Assembly: GCA_963850305.1 (NCBI GenBank) | Contig: CAWKKR010000001.1 | Span: forward strand, 889,823-953,822 | Reading direction: 5' to 3' | Length of the DNA stretch: 64,000 nt | Source of the DNA: an uncultured delta proteobacterium | Lineage (GTDB): Bacteria > Myxococcota_A > Polyangia > Polyangiales > Polyangiaceae | Shown here: in pieces, positions 9,247 through 19,106 of the stretch | Position numbering within the stretch: position 1 is the stretch's first letter | Layout of the letters: every line of letters starts with the position of its first letter | Program-made: the position numbers and the translations under genes | Notes under the pieces: model-generated | Databases searched by the model: none | What the model was told of the DNA's origin: nothing | What the model saw: the letters and a program-made list of their open reading frames with translations, nothing else

Positions 9247-10176
9247 TTACCGTTTACTCCGTGACGGAGAGGATGAGCGGCGCGCGGCCGAGCTGGAAGA
9301 CCGAGAAGTCGTCGGTGCACGCGCAGGTGCTGCGTGGGACTCGAGCGGCGCGGGGTGATCCGTCGCGCGGCCCGCCGTCGGATTCGAGGTCGCGACATGC
9401 GTCGGCTCGGTCGACTCTGGGGCATGTCGCTCGACGGCCCCGGCTTCGCTCGAGCCGCGCGGCGCGGACGTCGTGGGTTCGTAGACGCCGCGCGGTTCAG
9501 GAGTTCCGGCGCGACGCACCATTCCCGGTTCTTCCCTGCCCGCCGCCTGGCTTCGCGCCGAAGGCTCCGCACGCTCACCCTCGACACGGCCCGGTGGCCC
9601 CCCTCGCTCGGCCGAGACGCGCTGCGCGCGCGGGGGCTCGCCACGATAGCCGCCCGCGGGGGCGCCGGGCGCGGTGCGCCACCTCGTGTTATGGGCGGGC
9701 TCCGCACGCCAAGCGCGTGGCTCGTATGCCGGTCGAGCGCGATACGCCGCCGGGGCCTCCGTTCTGCCCCCATATCCGTAGCCGTACTCGCGGCGCCCGT
9801 CCGGCGCGTTGTAATAGCCCCTGTAATAAACTGCGCGATCCCCTTCCCAGACGAACCGAGGCCCCACATAGGCGTATCCCGGCCGGGCTGGGTACCAGTA
9901 GCCGCTTACCCAGGCCCAGTCGGTCGCGTTCCAATCCCAGTAGCCCGGTGCCCATGCGTAGCCGTAGCCAGGGGTCGGCGGTTGCTGTTCCGGGATCGGG
10001 TCCGGCGGCGGCGAATTCGGATAGGCCGTACCTTCATCGGCGACGGGTGCGGCTGCGGGCGCCTCGACGGGCTGCGGTGGCGGCTGCGCGGGCTCGGTAT
10101 ACACGACGCATCCGGTGGCGAGCCACGCCATCGACACCAGGGACCATGAAAGACCTCGATTGATCATCTGCATCAC
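9247..10176 (-). CDS. YXWGXW-repeat lipoprotein with disordered C-terminus
   Basis: Lipobox ATGC; repeats YAWAPGYWDW and WAWVSGYW; Pro/Ala/Ser-rich tail. Confidence 0.8.
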   Translation of the reverse strand: MMQMINRGLSWSLVSMAWLATGCVVYTEPAQPPPQPVEAPAAAPVADEGTAYPNSPPPDPIPEQQPPTPGYGYAWAPGYWDWNATDWAWVSGYWYPARPGYAYVGPRFVWEGDRAVYYRGYYNAPDGRREYGYGYGGRTEAPAAYRARPAYEPRAWRAEPAHNTRWRTAPGAPAGGYRGEPPRAQRVSAERGGPPGRVEGERAEPSARSQAAGREEPGMVRRAGTPEPRGVYEPTTSAPRGSSEAGAVERHAPESTEPTHVATSNPTAGRATDHPAPLESHAAPARAPTTSRSSSSAARRSSSPSRSKR

Positions 10177-10393
10177 CCGTTGAAGGTCAAGTTCGGAGCG
10201 ACGAGCGCCGTTCGACCTTGCGATAGACCTACCTTGGGACCAGTAACGCTCGTATCAGCGCCGCTCGGTAGACGTCAAGGACGCCGCCTGCATTCACTGA
10301 AATGGGACCATCGACGCCCCAGGGAGACGATCCCTTGGCGGGGGATGACGCGCAGGCGTCGTCTCGACGCATTTTTGGGTACGATTCGGTACG

Positions 10394-12148
10394 ATGAGAA
10401 CCCGCGCCGTGGCCGTCGCTAGCGAGCGCAGCAACGCCGTGGGCGTAATGGAGCTCGAGTGCACGCCCCTCGGTTTGCTCATCGTGCACCACGGCGTCGG
10501 CTCATTCCACGACGGCTACGCTCCCGGCGCGGTCACGACCGGCACCCGGGTGCTGATCCCGTGGGATGCCGTCCGCGAATCGAATCTCGAGGGGGACAGG
10601 CTGTACCTCAGCGTGGACCCGGCGCTCACGCCGCATCATCACCTCGTGCTGGCGGGGTTCTCGGTTGGCGATCCGCCCAATCCGAGCGAGGTCTCCCGCC
10701 AGCGGCTCGTCGTGCGGATCGGCACGGGCGCCACGATGGCCGTCGCCGGCTTACTCGCGGCCCTGACGGTGTTTCGTGGCAGCCCGGAAATGGGGGGCGC
10801 CGCAGCCCTGTTCGTTGGCGTTCTGTCCGCGGGCACGGTGCTCGCCCTCGGCGTCGTCATGGAGCAGCGACTCGGCCTCGGGCGCGTCGATACCGACGGC
10901 GCGCGCCTCGCGTTCGCGACGGAACTGTCCGCGTTCGTGCCTAGCCTCGCGCGCTCGCTACGCCCCGACACGCCCGAACCGCTGCCGGCGGAGCCGCTCC
11001 CGCTTCCATCTTTCCAGGCGCTCCTCCCACGTTCGACCACCGCGGTGGTCATTACGATGTCGGCGGCGCTGCTCGGCGCGGTACTGACCGCGGCATGGGT
11101 ATCGAGAACACCGATCCGGACGGACGACGCTCGGGCAGAGACGGAACGGGTCGCGCCCGCTGACCGGCACGCGGCGGAAACGCCCGCGGCCGCTCCGATG
11201 CCACCGACACCTGCGATATCCCCACCCACCGCGAGCGCTCTGGCTACGAGCCCCGTGGCACCGGCAGCGAGCGGCGATTCCGCGACGTTGACCGGAGCCT
11301 GTACATGCAAGCGGAGCGATTCGCTGCTGTGGCGGGCGGGCATCCCCCGCATGAGCACGGTCATCATCGACCGGCGACCCCTCGAACGTCACGGCCATAC
11401 GCATCTCGAGGTCGACCTCGGCGTGGTGAACAACTGGGATCAGCCGATCCCGGAGGTCGCCCTGCTCGTGCAATTCTACGATCGCGACCCACCTCCATCG
11501 ACGAAGCGGACGCCCACGTATTCACGGCCGCTCTATTTCGAAGGGCCTCTCATGCCCGGCCAGGCGATCATGTGGCACGTGGAGGCGCGCGGCGACGATT
11601 TCGACGTGACGCTCCCACCGGGACCCTTGCTGGACGCGTCCGGCGCGGATGCGGCCCCGACGAACGAGCTTGCGGAACTCCTGAAGGCCATTCACCGTCC
11701 GATCCGACTTCATGGTGCGATGATGCTCGCGTTCCTCGGAGATCCACGAGCGAAGGAAGCTACGCTCGGTCTGCGCGAGGCGCTCCGGGAAGACGAGGGA
11801 CCGTTCCTCGATCGCCTCGCGTGGACTCTTTCCGACGTACGGACCTGCGCGGTAGAAGCAGCGAAGGGCGGAAATCCCCGGACCGTTCGCGCCTGCGTGT
11901 TCAACGCGGGTGGCGCGGCGCGTGACGATCTGGGACTCAAGGTGCGCGCACTCGACCGACTCGTTTCCGCGGACGCGCCGCTCGAGGCACCGCCGCTCGT
12001 CGTGGCCGAACACGCATTCCGTCTGGCGGGGCAGCTTGCTCCCGGGCAGGGTGCGCTGACCTCGATCGCCCTCGACACGACGAACGCCGATGGCCTCATG
12101 GCGCAATCCTTCGAAGCGTACGCAGATCGCCGAGACGTCGTCTTTTGA
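10394..12148 (+). CDS. Hypothetical membrane protein (3 TM, Pro-rich linker, large C-terminal domain)
   Basis: 584-aa ORF with GC3-rich codons and three hydrophobic helices. Confidence 0.8.
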   Translation: MRTRAVAVASERSNAVGVMELECTPLGLLIVHHGVGSFHDGYAPGAVTTGTRVLIPWDAVRESNLEGDRLYLSVDPALTPHHHLVLAGFSVGDPPNPSEVSRQRLVVRIGTGATMAVAGLLAALTVFRGSPEMGGAAALFVGVLSAGTVLALGVVMEQRLGLGRVDTDGARLAFATELSAFVPSLARSLRPDTPEPLPAEPLPLPSFQALLPRSTTAVVITMSAALLGAVLTAAWVSRTPIRTDDARAETERVAPADRHAAETPAAAPMPPTPAISPPTASALATSPVAPAASGDSATLTGACTCKRSDSLLWRAGIPRMSTVIIDRRPLERHGHTHLEVDLGVVNNWDQPIPEVALLVQFYDRDPPPSTKRTPTYSRPLYFEGPLMPGQAIMWHVEARGDDFDVTLPPGPLLDASGADAAPTNELAELLKAIHRPIRLHGAMMLAFLGDPRAKEATLGLREALREDEGPFLDRLAWTLSDVRTCAVEAAKGGNPRTVRACVFNAGGAARDDLGLKVRALDRLVSADAPLEAPPLVVAEHAFRLAGQLAPGQGALTSIALDTTNADGLMAQSFEAYADRRDVVF

Positions 12149-12247
12149 TGGGCCAGCTCTGCAACGCGCCGGAGCAACGACCCGCGCCGGACATGCGACG
12201 ATTACCGTCCGTAATGTGGCATAGTCGCCGGACCCGTTGCGGCGGGG

Positions 12248-15200
12248 ATGCCCGCGATGAACAGACAGCAGCCGCGATCGACTCGCCTCCTCGATTTCCT
12301 GGCTCGAGGGATCCTGGCGCTGGCAGTCTGGGCGGGCGCCCCGCATTCCGTAGCCAGAGCCGATGATGCCGGAGCAAACTCCGCCGATGGCGGGGAAGGC
12401 GACCCCGACATCCAAGCGCTGAACGAGGAATCACAGCGGATAGAAGCGCTGCTGCGGGGGAAGCTCGATATCGCGGTCGACCCCGCGACCCTGTTCGATG
12501 TCGACCTCGATGACCCGGCAGCGGTTCGAGTGGACGCCGCTCGGCTCGGCGCCATCGTCGCCGCGGCAAACGAGACGTCCTCGGTCACCAAAGGGCGCAA
12601 GCCAAGGGTCTTCAGGACGGGTGTCGCGCGAGGTTCGTCGCCTCAGGATGCCGGAGAGCCTCGCGCGGATCCCGCTCTCTTTGCCGCACGGATCGCCCTC
12701 GACCGCACGCGTCTCGAGTTCTACGATCTCCGCGACGCGCGCCGGCGGACCCTCCTCGCCACGCATGCCGAACGTCAGCAGGCGGCGCGCCAGAAGGGCC
12801 CGGCCCTCGGTGAATCCGAAAGGCGGGCTCGCAACGCCGAAGCGCAGCGCGAGCAGGCGCTCAAAGAAGCCGAGAGCGCCAGAACCGAGGCCGAGAAGAC
12901 CGTGGCCGAGGAGTACGCAAAGGTCCTCGAGGTCACGCAGAAGCAAGCCGACTTCGAGTCCAAGCTGGCCCTGGCGCGCGAAAACCTGAAGGCTCGAGCG
13001 GAAGAAGCCCTCGCGCTCGATCGTCGTGTGCGAGAGACGCTCGACGGAGCTCATTCGGACCCTTCCGTGGCGGACTCTCTGTACGACGACCTCAGGGCGT
13101 CGCTACGTGGCGCGCGCAAGGAGCTTGCCCGCGCCCTGTCGGCGACGTCACCGGACGGCCGCGCCGTCTCGGCCCCACCCGACGACCCGCTCGGCCGGCT
13201 ACCAGTAGGCGTCAATCACGCGGCCTACGATCATGCGCGGGAGGCCGCGATCATCGCGGCGGGCCGTCTCTCGGAGAGCGCGATTGCGCTGAACGAGCAG
13301 CGCATCGATCAGCTCGGCGAAGAGATTCACGTCCAGAACGAGAGCAGACTTTCGCTCCTTCCGCTCTTGACCAGCTCGAAACGTGTCGCGATCACCGGCT
13401 TCGGTCCATCGGGGTTCGATCAGGCGTCGGCCGAGATCCGACAGGTGGTCCTCATCGTCCGTTACCACCTTCACAAGGCGCGAGACTGGCTCATAGCGAC
13501 GTCGTCGCGCGACAAGGGGGGCTCGTCGGTCAGCGCCGCATTTCTCATCGCCAAGTGGTTGTTCGCGTCGGTCGTCTACATCTGGTGGCGGCGGCGCGCG
13601 GTGGTCGTGCTTTCGGTGTGGCGGTCGCGCGTGCAAGAGCAGGAGCGGCGCGCGAGGATGGTGGAGCCCAGCCCGCTCTACAAGGCGCTGGGCCTCGTTT
13701 TGCAGGTCCGCAAACCGCTCGAGTGGCTCGTGTTCGGCTGGGCGCTACTCGCCCTGGCGCCCGAAGACGCTGCTCAGCTCCTCGAGGTGAATCTCGGTCG
13801 GACCATCTTTATCTGGATGCTGGGCGGCGCACTCGGCGTCTCTACCATCGACGCCCTATCCGGGCGTGAGCACGATGAAGGGGAGACGGGGAATTCATCA
13901 CAGATCGCGCAGCTGCGGCTCCGATCGCTGCGGCTGGTGGGGCGCACGATCGTGGCCTTCGGATTGACGCTATCGCTCACGGCTCGACTCGTCGGGCAGG
14001 GTACAATCTATAGTTGGGTTTTTTCGACGTGCTGGTTCGCTGCGGCACCGGTGTTTTTGGTCATCGTGCGATGGTGGCGCGAGGAGATCTATCGGCGCAT
14101 CGGCCGCATGCGCAAGAAGCGCGCGTTCGAGCTCTGGATCGAACGAAACCAGACTGGCTCGGCGAGCTTCTTCACGGCGGCGGTCGGCGGCGCCTATCTC
14201 TTCGGCGTCGGAGCCCTTCGTGCGACGCGCACCTGGGCGAGTCGCTTCGACGTCACTCGGAGAGCGCTTGCGTACCTGTTTCTTCGCGATCTCGACCGGC
14301 TCGCGGAGGAGAACACCGCCGTTGCGTTCGAGGCTCTTCCCGAGGCTGTCTTCGCCGCCCTGGGCCCCGATGTGCCCTCGGCGGAGCTCGTGATCACGCG
14401 CTCCATCGAGGACACCGAGAATCTGCTGGAGCGCATGGCGGAGTCAGGCGGCGTCATCGCCATCGTCGGCGAACGCGGCGCCGGCAAGACGACGTTGCTT
14501 CATCGGATCGAGGAAGCGAACGCCGGCATGGTCTCCATCGAGTGTCCGTTCGGCGGCTTCGAGACTCTGGAACGCGCGCTGAACACGCGGCTCGATCTTC
14601 GCGGCGAGCGGACGCTGAGCGATGCCGTCGATACACTGAAGAGCTCGCATCACACCGGGCTGCTGATCGATGATGCCCATCGCCTGATCCACCCGGTGAT
14701 GGGCGGACTCGCTGCATTCGATCGTCTCCTCGAGACCGCCCGCAGCCACGCCTCGAATTTTACCTGGGTGTTCGCGATGGATGAGGTCGTGTGGCCCTTT
14801 TTTCGACAAGCACGCGGGGTTCGGCCTCTGTTCGACGAGGTGATTCTGCTCGAGGGGTGGCCGGAAGAACACATCGCCAGGTTGATCGAAGCGAGGTGTC
14901 GTCAAGCGGACGTGAAGCCGAGCTTTCGACACGTGCTCCCGAAGATGCCTCTGGACGCGGACGAAACCGATATTGGCGAGGCGACGCGTCGAACGACCGG
15001 CAACTACCATCGGCTCCTCTGGGACTACTCCGCCGGCTGCCCGGGCGTCGCCCTTCACATGTGGCGCCAGTCGCTCGGTGTGGACGCGACGGGACAAAGC
15101 TACGTGAAGCCGTTTCGCCCTCCAGACCCGGCCGACCTCGAGCGCTTGCCCGACCCGGCCGTGTTCGTATTGCGGACAATCATTCAGCTGGAGGAGGCGA

Positions 15201-15385
15201 CGCGCGACGAAATCGCCGCCGCGACCATGTTGCGGCTCTCGCCCATCGAGGACGCCCTCAGATACTGCACGGCCCGTGGCTACCTCGAGCGAGTCGGTGA
15301 CCGGTATCACATGAGCTGGGCGTGGTTTCGGGCGGTCACGCGATTTCTCCAGAGACGGCATCTCCTGGGCCGCGTGCTCGATTAG
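12248..15385 (+). CDS. Large multi-TM P-loop NTPase (signal peptide, coiled coil, TM bundle, AAA/STAND-like domain)
   Basis: Signal-like ILALAVWAGAPHSVARA; heptad-rich region; several TM helices; Walker A GERGAGKTT; Walker B LLIDD. Confidence 0.88.
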   Translation: MPAMNRQQPRSTRLLDFLARGILALAVWAGAPHSVARADDAGANSADGGEGDPDIQALNEESQRIEALLRGKLDIAVDPATLFDVDLDDPAAVRVDAARLGAIVAAANETSSVTKGRKPRVFRTGVARGSSPQDAGEPRADPALFAARIALDRTRLEFYDLRDARRRTLLATHAERQQAARQKGPALGESERRARNAEAQREQALKEAESARTEAEKTVAEEYAKVLEVTQKQADFESKLALARENLKARAEEALALDRRVRETLDGAHSDPSVADSLYDDLRASLRGARKELARALSATSPDGRAVSAPPDDPLGRLPVGVNHAAYDHAREAAIIAAGRLSESAIALNEQRIDQLGEEIHVQNESRLSLLPLLTSSKRVAITGFGPSGFDQASAEIRQVVLIVRYHLHKARDWLIATSSRDKGGSSVSAAFLIAKWLFASVVYIWWRRRAVVVLSVWRSRVQEQERRARMVEPSPLYKALGLVLQVRKPLEWLVFGWALLALAPEDAAQLLEVNLGRTIFIWMLGGALGVSTIDALSGREHDEGETGNSSQIAQLRLRSLRLVGRTIVAFGLTLSLTARLVGQGTIYSWVFSTCWFAAAPVFLVIVRWWREEIYRRIGRMRKKRAFELWIERNQTGSASFFTAAVGGAYLFGVGALRATRTWASRFDVTRRALAYLFLRDLDRLAEENTAVAFEALPEAVFAALGPDVPSAELVITRSIEDTENLLERMAESGGVIAIVGERGAGKTTLLHRIEEANAGMVSIECPFGGFETLERALNTRLDLRGERTLSDAVDTLKSSHHTGLLIDDAHRLIHPVMGGLAAFDRLLETARSHASNFTWVFAMDEVVWPFFRQARGVRPLFDEVILLEGWPEEHIARLIEARCRQADVKPSFRHVLPKMPLDADETDIGEATRRTTGNYHRLLWDYSAGCPGVALHMWRQSLGVDATGQSYVKPFRPPDPADLERLPDPAVFVLRTIIQLEEATRDEIAAATMLRLSPIEDALRYCTARGYLERVGDRYHMSWAWFRAVTRFLQRRHLLGRVLD

Positions 15386-15396
15386 GAAGCAAGTCG

Positions 15397-16314
15397 ATGA
15401 CACCGAGATTCCGCCACGGCAAACTCGTGCTTTTCACGCTCCTGCTCGCGTCCACGGCGTGGGCCGACGACGCACCCGACATCGGGAAGCTGGCCGGCAT
15501 CGTCCGCTGGGGCGGTGTGCTCCTTTCGATGTTCGTGGTCGTCGGCAGCACGGTCGTGGTCCGGCTGATCGGGAATGTGGCGACCCGATTGACCTCGCGG
15601 TTCGCCAATCGTCGTCCCTTCATTCAGCAGACGGAATCGATCGCGCGATTCTTGATCTACATCGTCGCCGCGATCATCTGTCTCGGGCTCAGTGTGCGAC
15701 TCGACCCGACGGCGGTCACCCTCATCGGCGGCAGCCTTGCGTTCGCGGTCGGCTTCGCCATGCGCGATCTGGTGGCCGCCTTCATCGCCGGGATCACGAT
15801 CATGTTCGATCGGCCGTTCCAGGTCGGTGACCGTGTCATGTATGCGGGTGAGTATGGGGACATCGTGAAGATCGGCCTCCGCAGCGTGCAGATGAACACG
15901 CTCGATCACAACATCGTGACGATCCCGAACAACAAGGTGCTCACGGACGTCACCTCGAGCGGCAACTACGGGGCTCTCGACATGCAGGTGGCGATGACCT
16001 TTTACGTGGGCATCGATCAGGACCTGGAGCTAGCATCCGAGCTCGTCCGCGAGGCATGCCTCACGAGTCCTTACGTGTTCCTGGATCGGGCGGTACCAGT
16101 GCTCGCCCGACAGGTGATGCAGGAGAGCTACGTGGCCGTGGAGCTCAAGGCGCGTCCGTACGTTTTCGATTGTCGGTACGAGAAGCCGTTCGAGACCGAC
16201 GTCCATCTGCGCGTCCTCAAGGCGTTTCGCGAAGCCGGGATCAAACCTCCGGCCGTTCTCGTCCGTCGCACCGACGGCGAGCGTGACCCGGCAGAGAGCC
16301 CGGCGTCCCCCTGA
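15397..16314 (+). CDS. Small-conductance mechanosensitive channel, MscS family
   Basis: GGSLAFAVGFAMRDLVAAFIAGITIMFDRPFQVGDRV, GDIVKIGLRS and IVTIPNN motifs. Confidence 0.92.
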   Translation: MTPRFRHGKLVLFTLLLASTAWADDAPDIGKLAGIVRWGGVLLSMFVVVGSTVVVRLIGNVATRLTSRFANRRPFIQQTESIARFLIYIVAAIICLGLSVRLDPTAVTLIGGSLAFAVGFAMRDLVAAFIAGITIMFDRPFQVGDRVMYAGEYGDIVKIGLRSVQMNTLDHNIVTIPNNKVLTDVTSSGNYGALDMQVAMTFYVGIDQDLELASELVREACLTSPYVFLDRAVPVLARQVMQESYVAVELKARPYVFDCRYEKPFETDVHLRVLKAFREAGIKPPAVLVRRTDGERDPAESPASP

Positions 16315-16417
16315 TTTCGGACGCGGCGACGACCGATGGCATTGCGGGACGCGCCTTCGAGGCTTACGCCGACGGAACGTTGCCCTCCGAACGGCCGACT
16401 CTCGCGAAAGAGCACCA

Positions 16418-17002
16418 ATGACGCTCGCCGGGCTCCTCGCTCGTTACGGGTACCTCGCGGTGCTCGGCGGTTCGTTCCTCGAAGGAGAAACCATCGTGCT
16501 GATGGGCGGGTTCTCGGCGCACGGAGGCTACCTCGGGCTCCCGGGCGTCATCGCGGCGGCGTTCGTCGGAAGCCTCGTGGGCGACCAACTCGCCTACTTC
16601 CTGGGCCGAGAATACGGCGACCGCTTGCTCGCGCGACGACCGAAGTGGCGCCCCACGATCGAGCTGGTCCGCGACCGACTTCATCGACATAGCACGTGGC
16701 TGCTCGTCGGCTTTCGTTTCCTGTACGGGTTGCGGAACGCCGTGCCGTTCGCCGCGGGAATGACCGGCATCGCACCGCGCAAATTCGCGCCGCTGAACAT
16801 TCTCGGCGCGGCGCTCTGGGCCCCGTCGATCACCTTGCTCGGATACGCCTTCGGAAGCGCCTTCGAGGCGTTCCTCGACCGCGCACGGCACCTCGAAGTG
16901 CGAGCGTTCCTGAGCCTGACGCTCGTGGGGGTCGTATTGTTCACGTGGCGTCGGGTTCAGCGAGCGCACGCGTTGCGCAGGGCCCGGCTCAAGAATGAAT
17001 GA
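16418..17002 (+). CDS. DedA family membrane protein
   Basis: FLEGETIVLMGG, GSLVGDQLAYFLGR, GFRFLYGLR motifs. Confidence 0.92.
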   Translation: MTLAGLLARYGYLAVLGGSFLEGETIVLMGGFSAHGGYLGLPGVIAAAFVGSLVGDQLAYFLGREYGDRLLARRPKWRPTIELVRDRLHRHSTWLLVGFRFLYGLRNAVPFAAGMTGIAPRKFAPLNILGAALWAPSITLLGYAFGSAFEAFLDRARHLEVRAFLSLTLVGVVLFTWRRVQRAHALRRARLKNE

Positions 17003-18545
17003 CGATCGGCGTTCCGCGTTCTTTGTTGATCACGCCGTGCCATCCGCCCGGAACCTGTGGATCGGTCCACTCGAAGAGCCACGCGGCGTCGCGCGGAGAC
17101 AGGTTGATGCACCCATGGCTCCGGACCTTGCCGAACTGGTCGTGCCAGTAAGCGCCGTGAAGCGCGTATCCCTTGTGGAAATACTGCACGAACGGCACGT
17201 CTCGAAGACTGTATGAGTCGCTCACGTCGTCATCCGCGTCCATCGTCGCGGAGACGTGCTTCGTGTGGATCATGAAGGTGCCCCGGACGGTCGCCGGCGC
17301 CTTGTCTGGGTCTGCCAGGCCGGCGATTCCCGTGCTCACGAGCGTCACGTACACGGCCTTCGTGCCCTCGTAACCGACGAGGCTCTGATCGCGGATCGAC
17401 ACGTCGATCCACTTTCGGTCCCCTTCAGCGACGCTCGGGTATGACTTCCGCTTTTCGATGATGAGCGCGCTCGATGCTGGCACGAAAACGTCGGGGGCAC
17501 CGCCCTCGCCCGGCTTGCCCTCCCAGAAGCGCACTCCCTGGTATTCGACAGTTCGCCCGGTCAGCTTGATCGCCTCCCTGAAGTCGAAAGTCCCTGCCGG
17601 CTTCAGTTGCCCTGGGTGTATTTCCTGGTAACGGAACGCAGCACGCTTCGTGACGATGGCGACCGGCAGATCTTCGTCCGCCGCCAGCGCTACGCCGTGA
17701 AAGGCGCTCGGGCGCACGATTCTCGTGCGATCCATCGGGATGAGGTCGAGCTCCGTCGTGAGCCCGAATGCCCGCTTGTGCCACTCGAAGATACGCTCCA
17801 GCGCGAAGCCGGCGTCCGGATCCGACTGTCCCGCCTGCACCGATCTGTGGAGCCCCTTTTCTGTTCCATATGGCTTGATCAAAGACTGACCGTTCGCACG
17901 CGGGACGAACGCCGGCGGGTCGCCCAGATCGCCGACGAGCGCCGAGAGTCCCTCGGTCCGGTACTCGTTCATCCATTCGGCGGCGCGCTCGGCATAAGCG
18001 GAACCCTCGACGGTCGTCATCTCCGCGTCGGTCGGCAGGCGAAAATAGAAGTGCGGGCCCGGACTCTTCGCCATCGCGTAGACGTACGGCAGAGCGTCGC
18101 CACGCTTCGGCGGCACGTCGGACTCGACGACGACCGGATTCGACGGATCGAGCGTCGCGCCCCGTCCGACGCAGACGAACCCGCGCGGGTTGATGCGATA
18201 CCAGCCGCCCGGGCATCCCTCGTTTCGAATCTCCGGGCCGCGGCGAGGCACGATCGCCCCCGCCCGCAGATAGCCGAAGCGGGTGCGCTTCGGTCCCGTG
18301 TCGGAGTAGACCCAGGTACGCCAGGCGATGCTCGCGATGTTCTCGCCGGTGGGTGAAAAGGGCAGGTTGTCCAACTCGGTGCCGAGCGCCGCAACCCGCT
18401 GAGCACCGACCTTGCTTTCGACCCTGGCGTCCGGTGCACCTCCCAGCACATTTGCCGAGGTGCCCACCCCCGCCGCGCTCCCGGGCGGGGCGCTCGACGA
18501 ACACGCGACGACGAGCGCTCCCAGGGCCAAGATCGAGCCGCGCAT
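16989..18545 (-). CDS. L,D-transpeptidase (YkuD domain) lipoprotein
   Basis: Lipobox VVAC; C-terminal HGAYWH...SHGCINL catalytic motif. Confidence 0.92.
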   Translation of the reverse strand: MRGSILALGALVVACSSSAPPGSAAGVGTSANVLGGAPDARVESKVGAQRVAALGTELDNLPFSPTGENIASIAWRTWVYSDTGPKRTRFGYLRAGAIVPRRGPEIRNEGCPGGWYRINPRGFVCVGRGATLDPSNPVVVESDVPPKRGDALPYVYAMAKSPGPHFYFRLPTDAEMTTVEGSAYAERAAEWMNEYRTEGLSALVGDLGDPPAFVPRANGQSLIKPYGTEKGLHRSVQAGQSDPDAGFALERIFEWHKRAFGLTTELDLIPMDRTRIVRPSAFHGVALAADEDLPVAIVTKRAAFRYQEIHPGQLKPAGTFDFREAIKLTGRTVEYQGVRFWEGKPGEGGAPDVFVPASSALIIEKRKSYPSVAEGDRKWIDVSIRDQSLVGYEGTKAVYVTLVSTGIAGLADPDKAPATVRGTFMIHTKHVSATMDADDDVSDSYSLRDVPFVQYFHKGYALHGAYWHDQFGKVRSHGCINLSPRDAAWLFEWTDPQVPGGWHGVINKERGTPIVIHS

Positions 18546-18596
18546 CGCTTCGGCGCGACCGTTAACACGTTTCGGCGCTAGAAATGGGGGCAGACT

Positions 18597-19074
18597 ATGC
18601 TCGCGCTCATGCGAATCCCCTCCGCCGCGTGGCGACTCGTTCGCGAGGCCTCCCGGCATTTACTCCGGCGCCCCGTGATCGGCATTGCAGCCGCGGCGCG
18701 CACCAAGGACGGACGCTGGCTCCTGATCCGGCGGGGGGACACGGGAGAATGGGCTCTACCGGGCGGCACCCTCGAGTGGGGGGAAACGCTGCGCAACGGC
18801 ATCGTTCGGGAAATCATCGAAGAGACGGGAGCCCGCGTCGCCGCGCTCGGGGGCCTCAGCGGCGTTTATTCCCGAAGCGATCGCGACGTCCGCTTCCACG
18901 CCGTGACGGTCGTCGTCCACGCGGAGGTCACCGAACCTACCGCGCCCCCGTCGAAATCCCATGGAAATCCTCGATGTTCAGCTCTTCGCAGACGATGCCC
19001 TGCCCCCGAACCTCGGGATGGGGATGACCGACATGCTCGAAAACGCACGTCGCGGAGGCGTCTCTTGGGAATGA
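18597..19074 (+). pseudogene. NUDIX hydrolase with a +1 frameshift at about 18954-18956 (pseudogene or sequencing error)
   Basis: Nudix box PGGTLEWGETLRNGIVREIIEETG; removing one A from TCGAAATCCC restores ...PPSNPMEILDVQLFADDALP...SWE*, with TGA at 19072-19074. Confidence 0.8.
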
Positions 19075-19106
19075 TCGGCCACCACTCGTACGTTGCAGGC
19101 TCGCCC

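Noticed and set aside
7482..9869. 795-aa minus-strand ORF
   Set aside because: Only the last ~180 aa (peroxiredoxin) look real; the rest is antisense to ruvB
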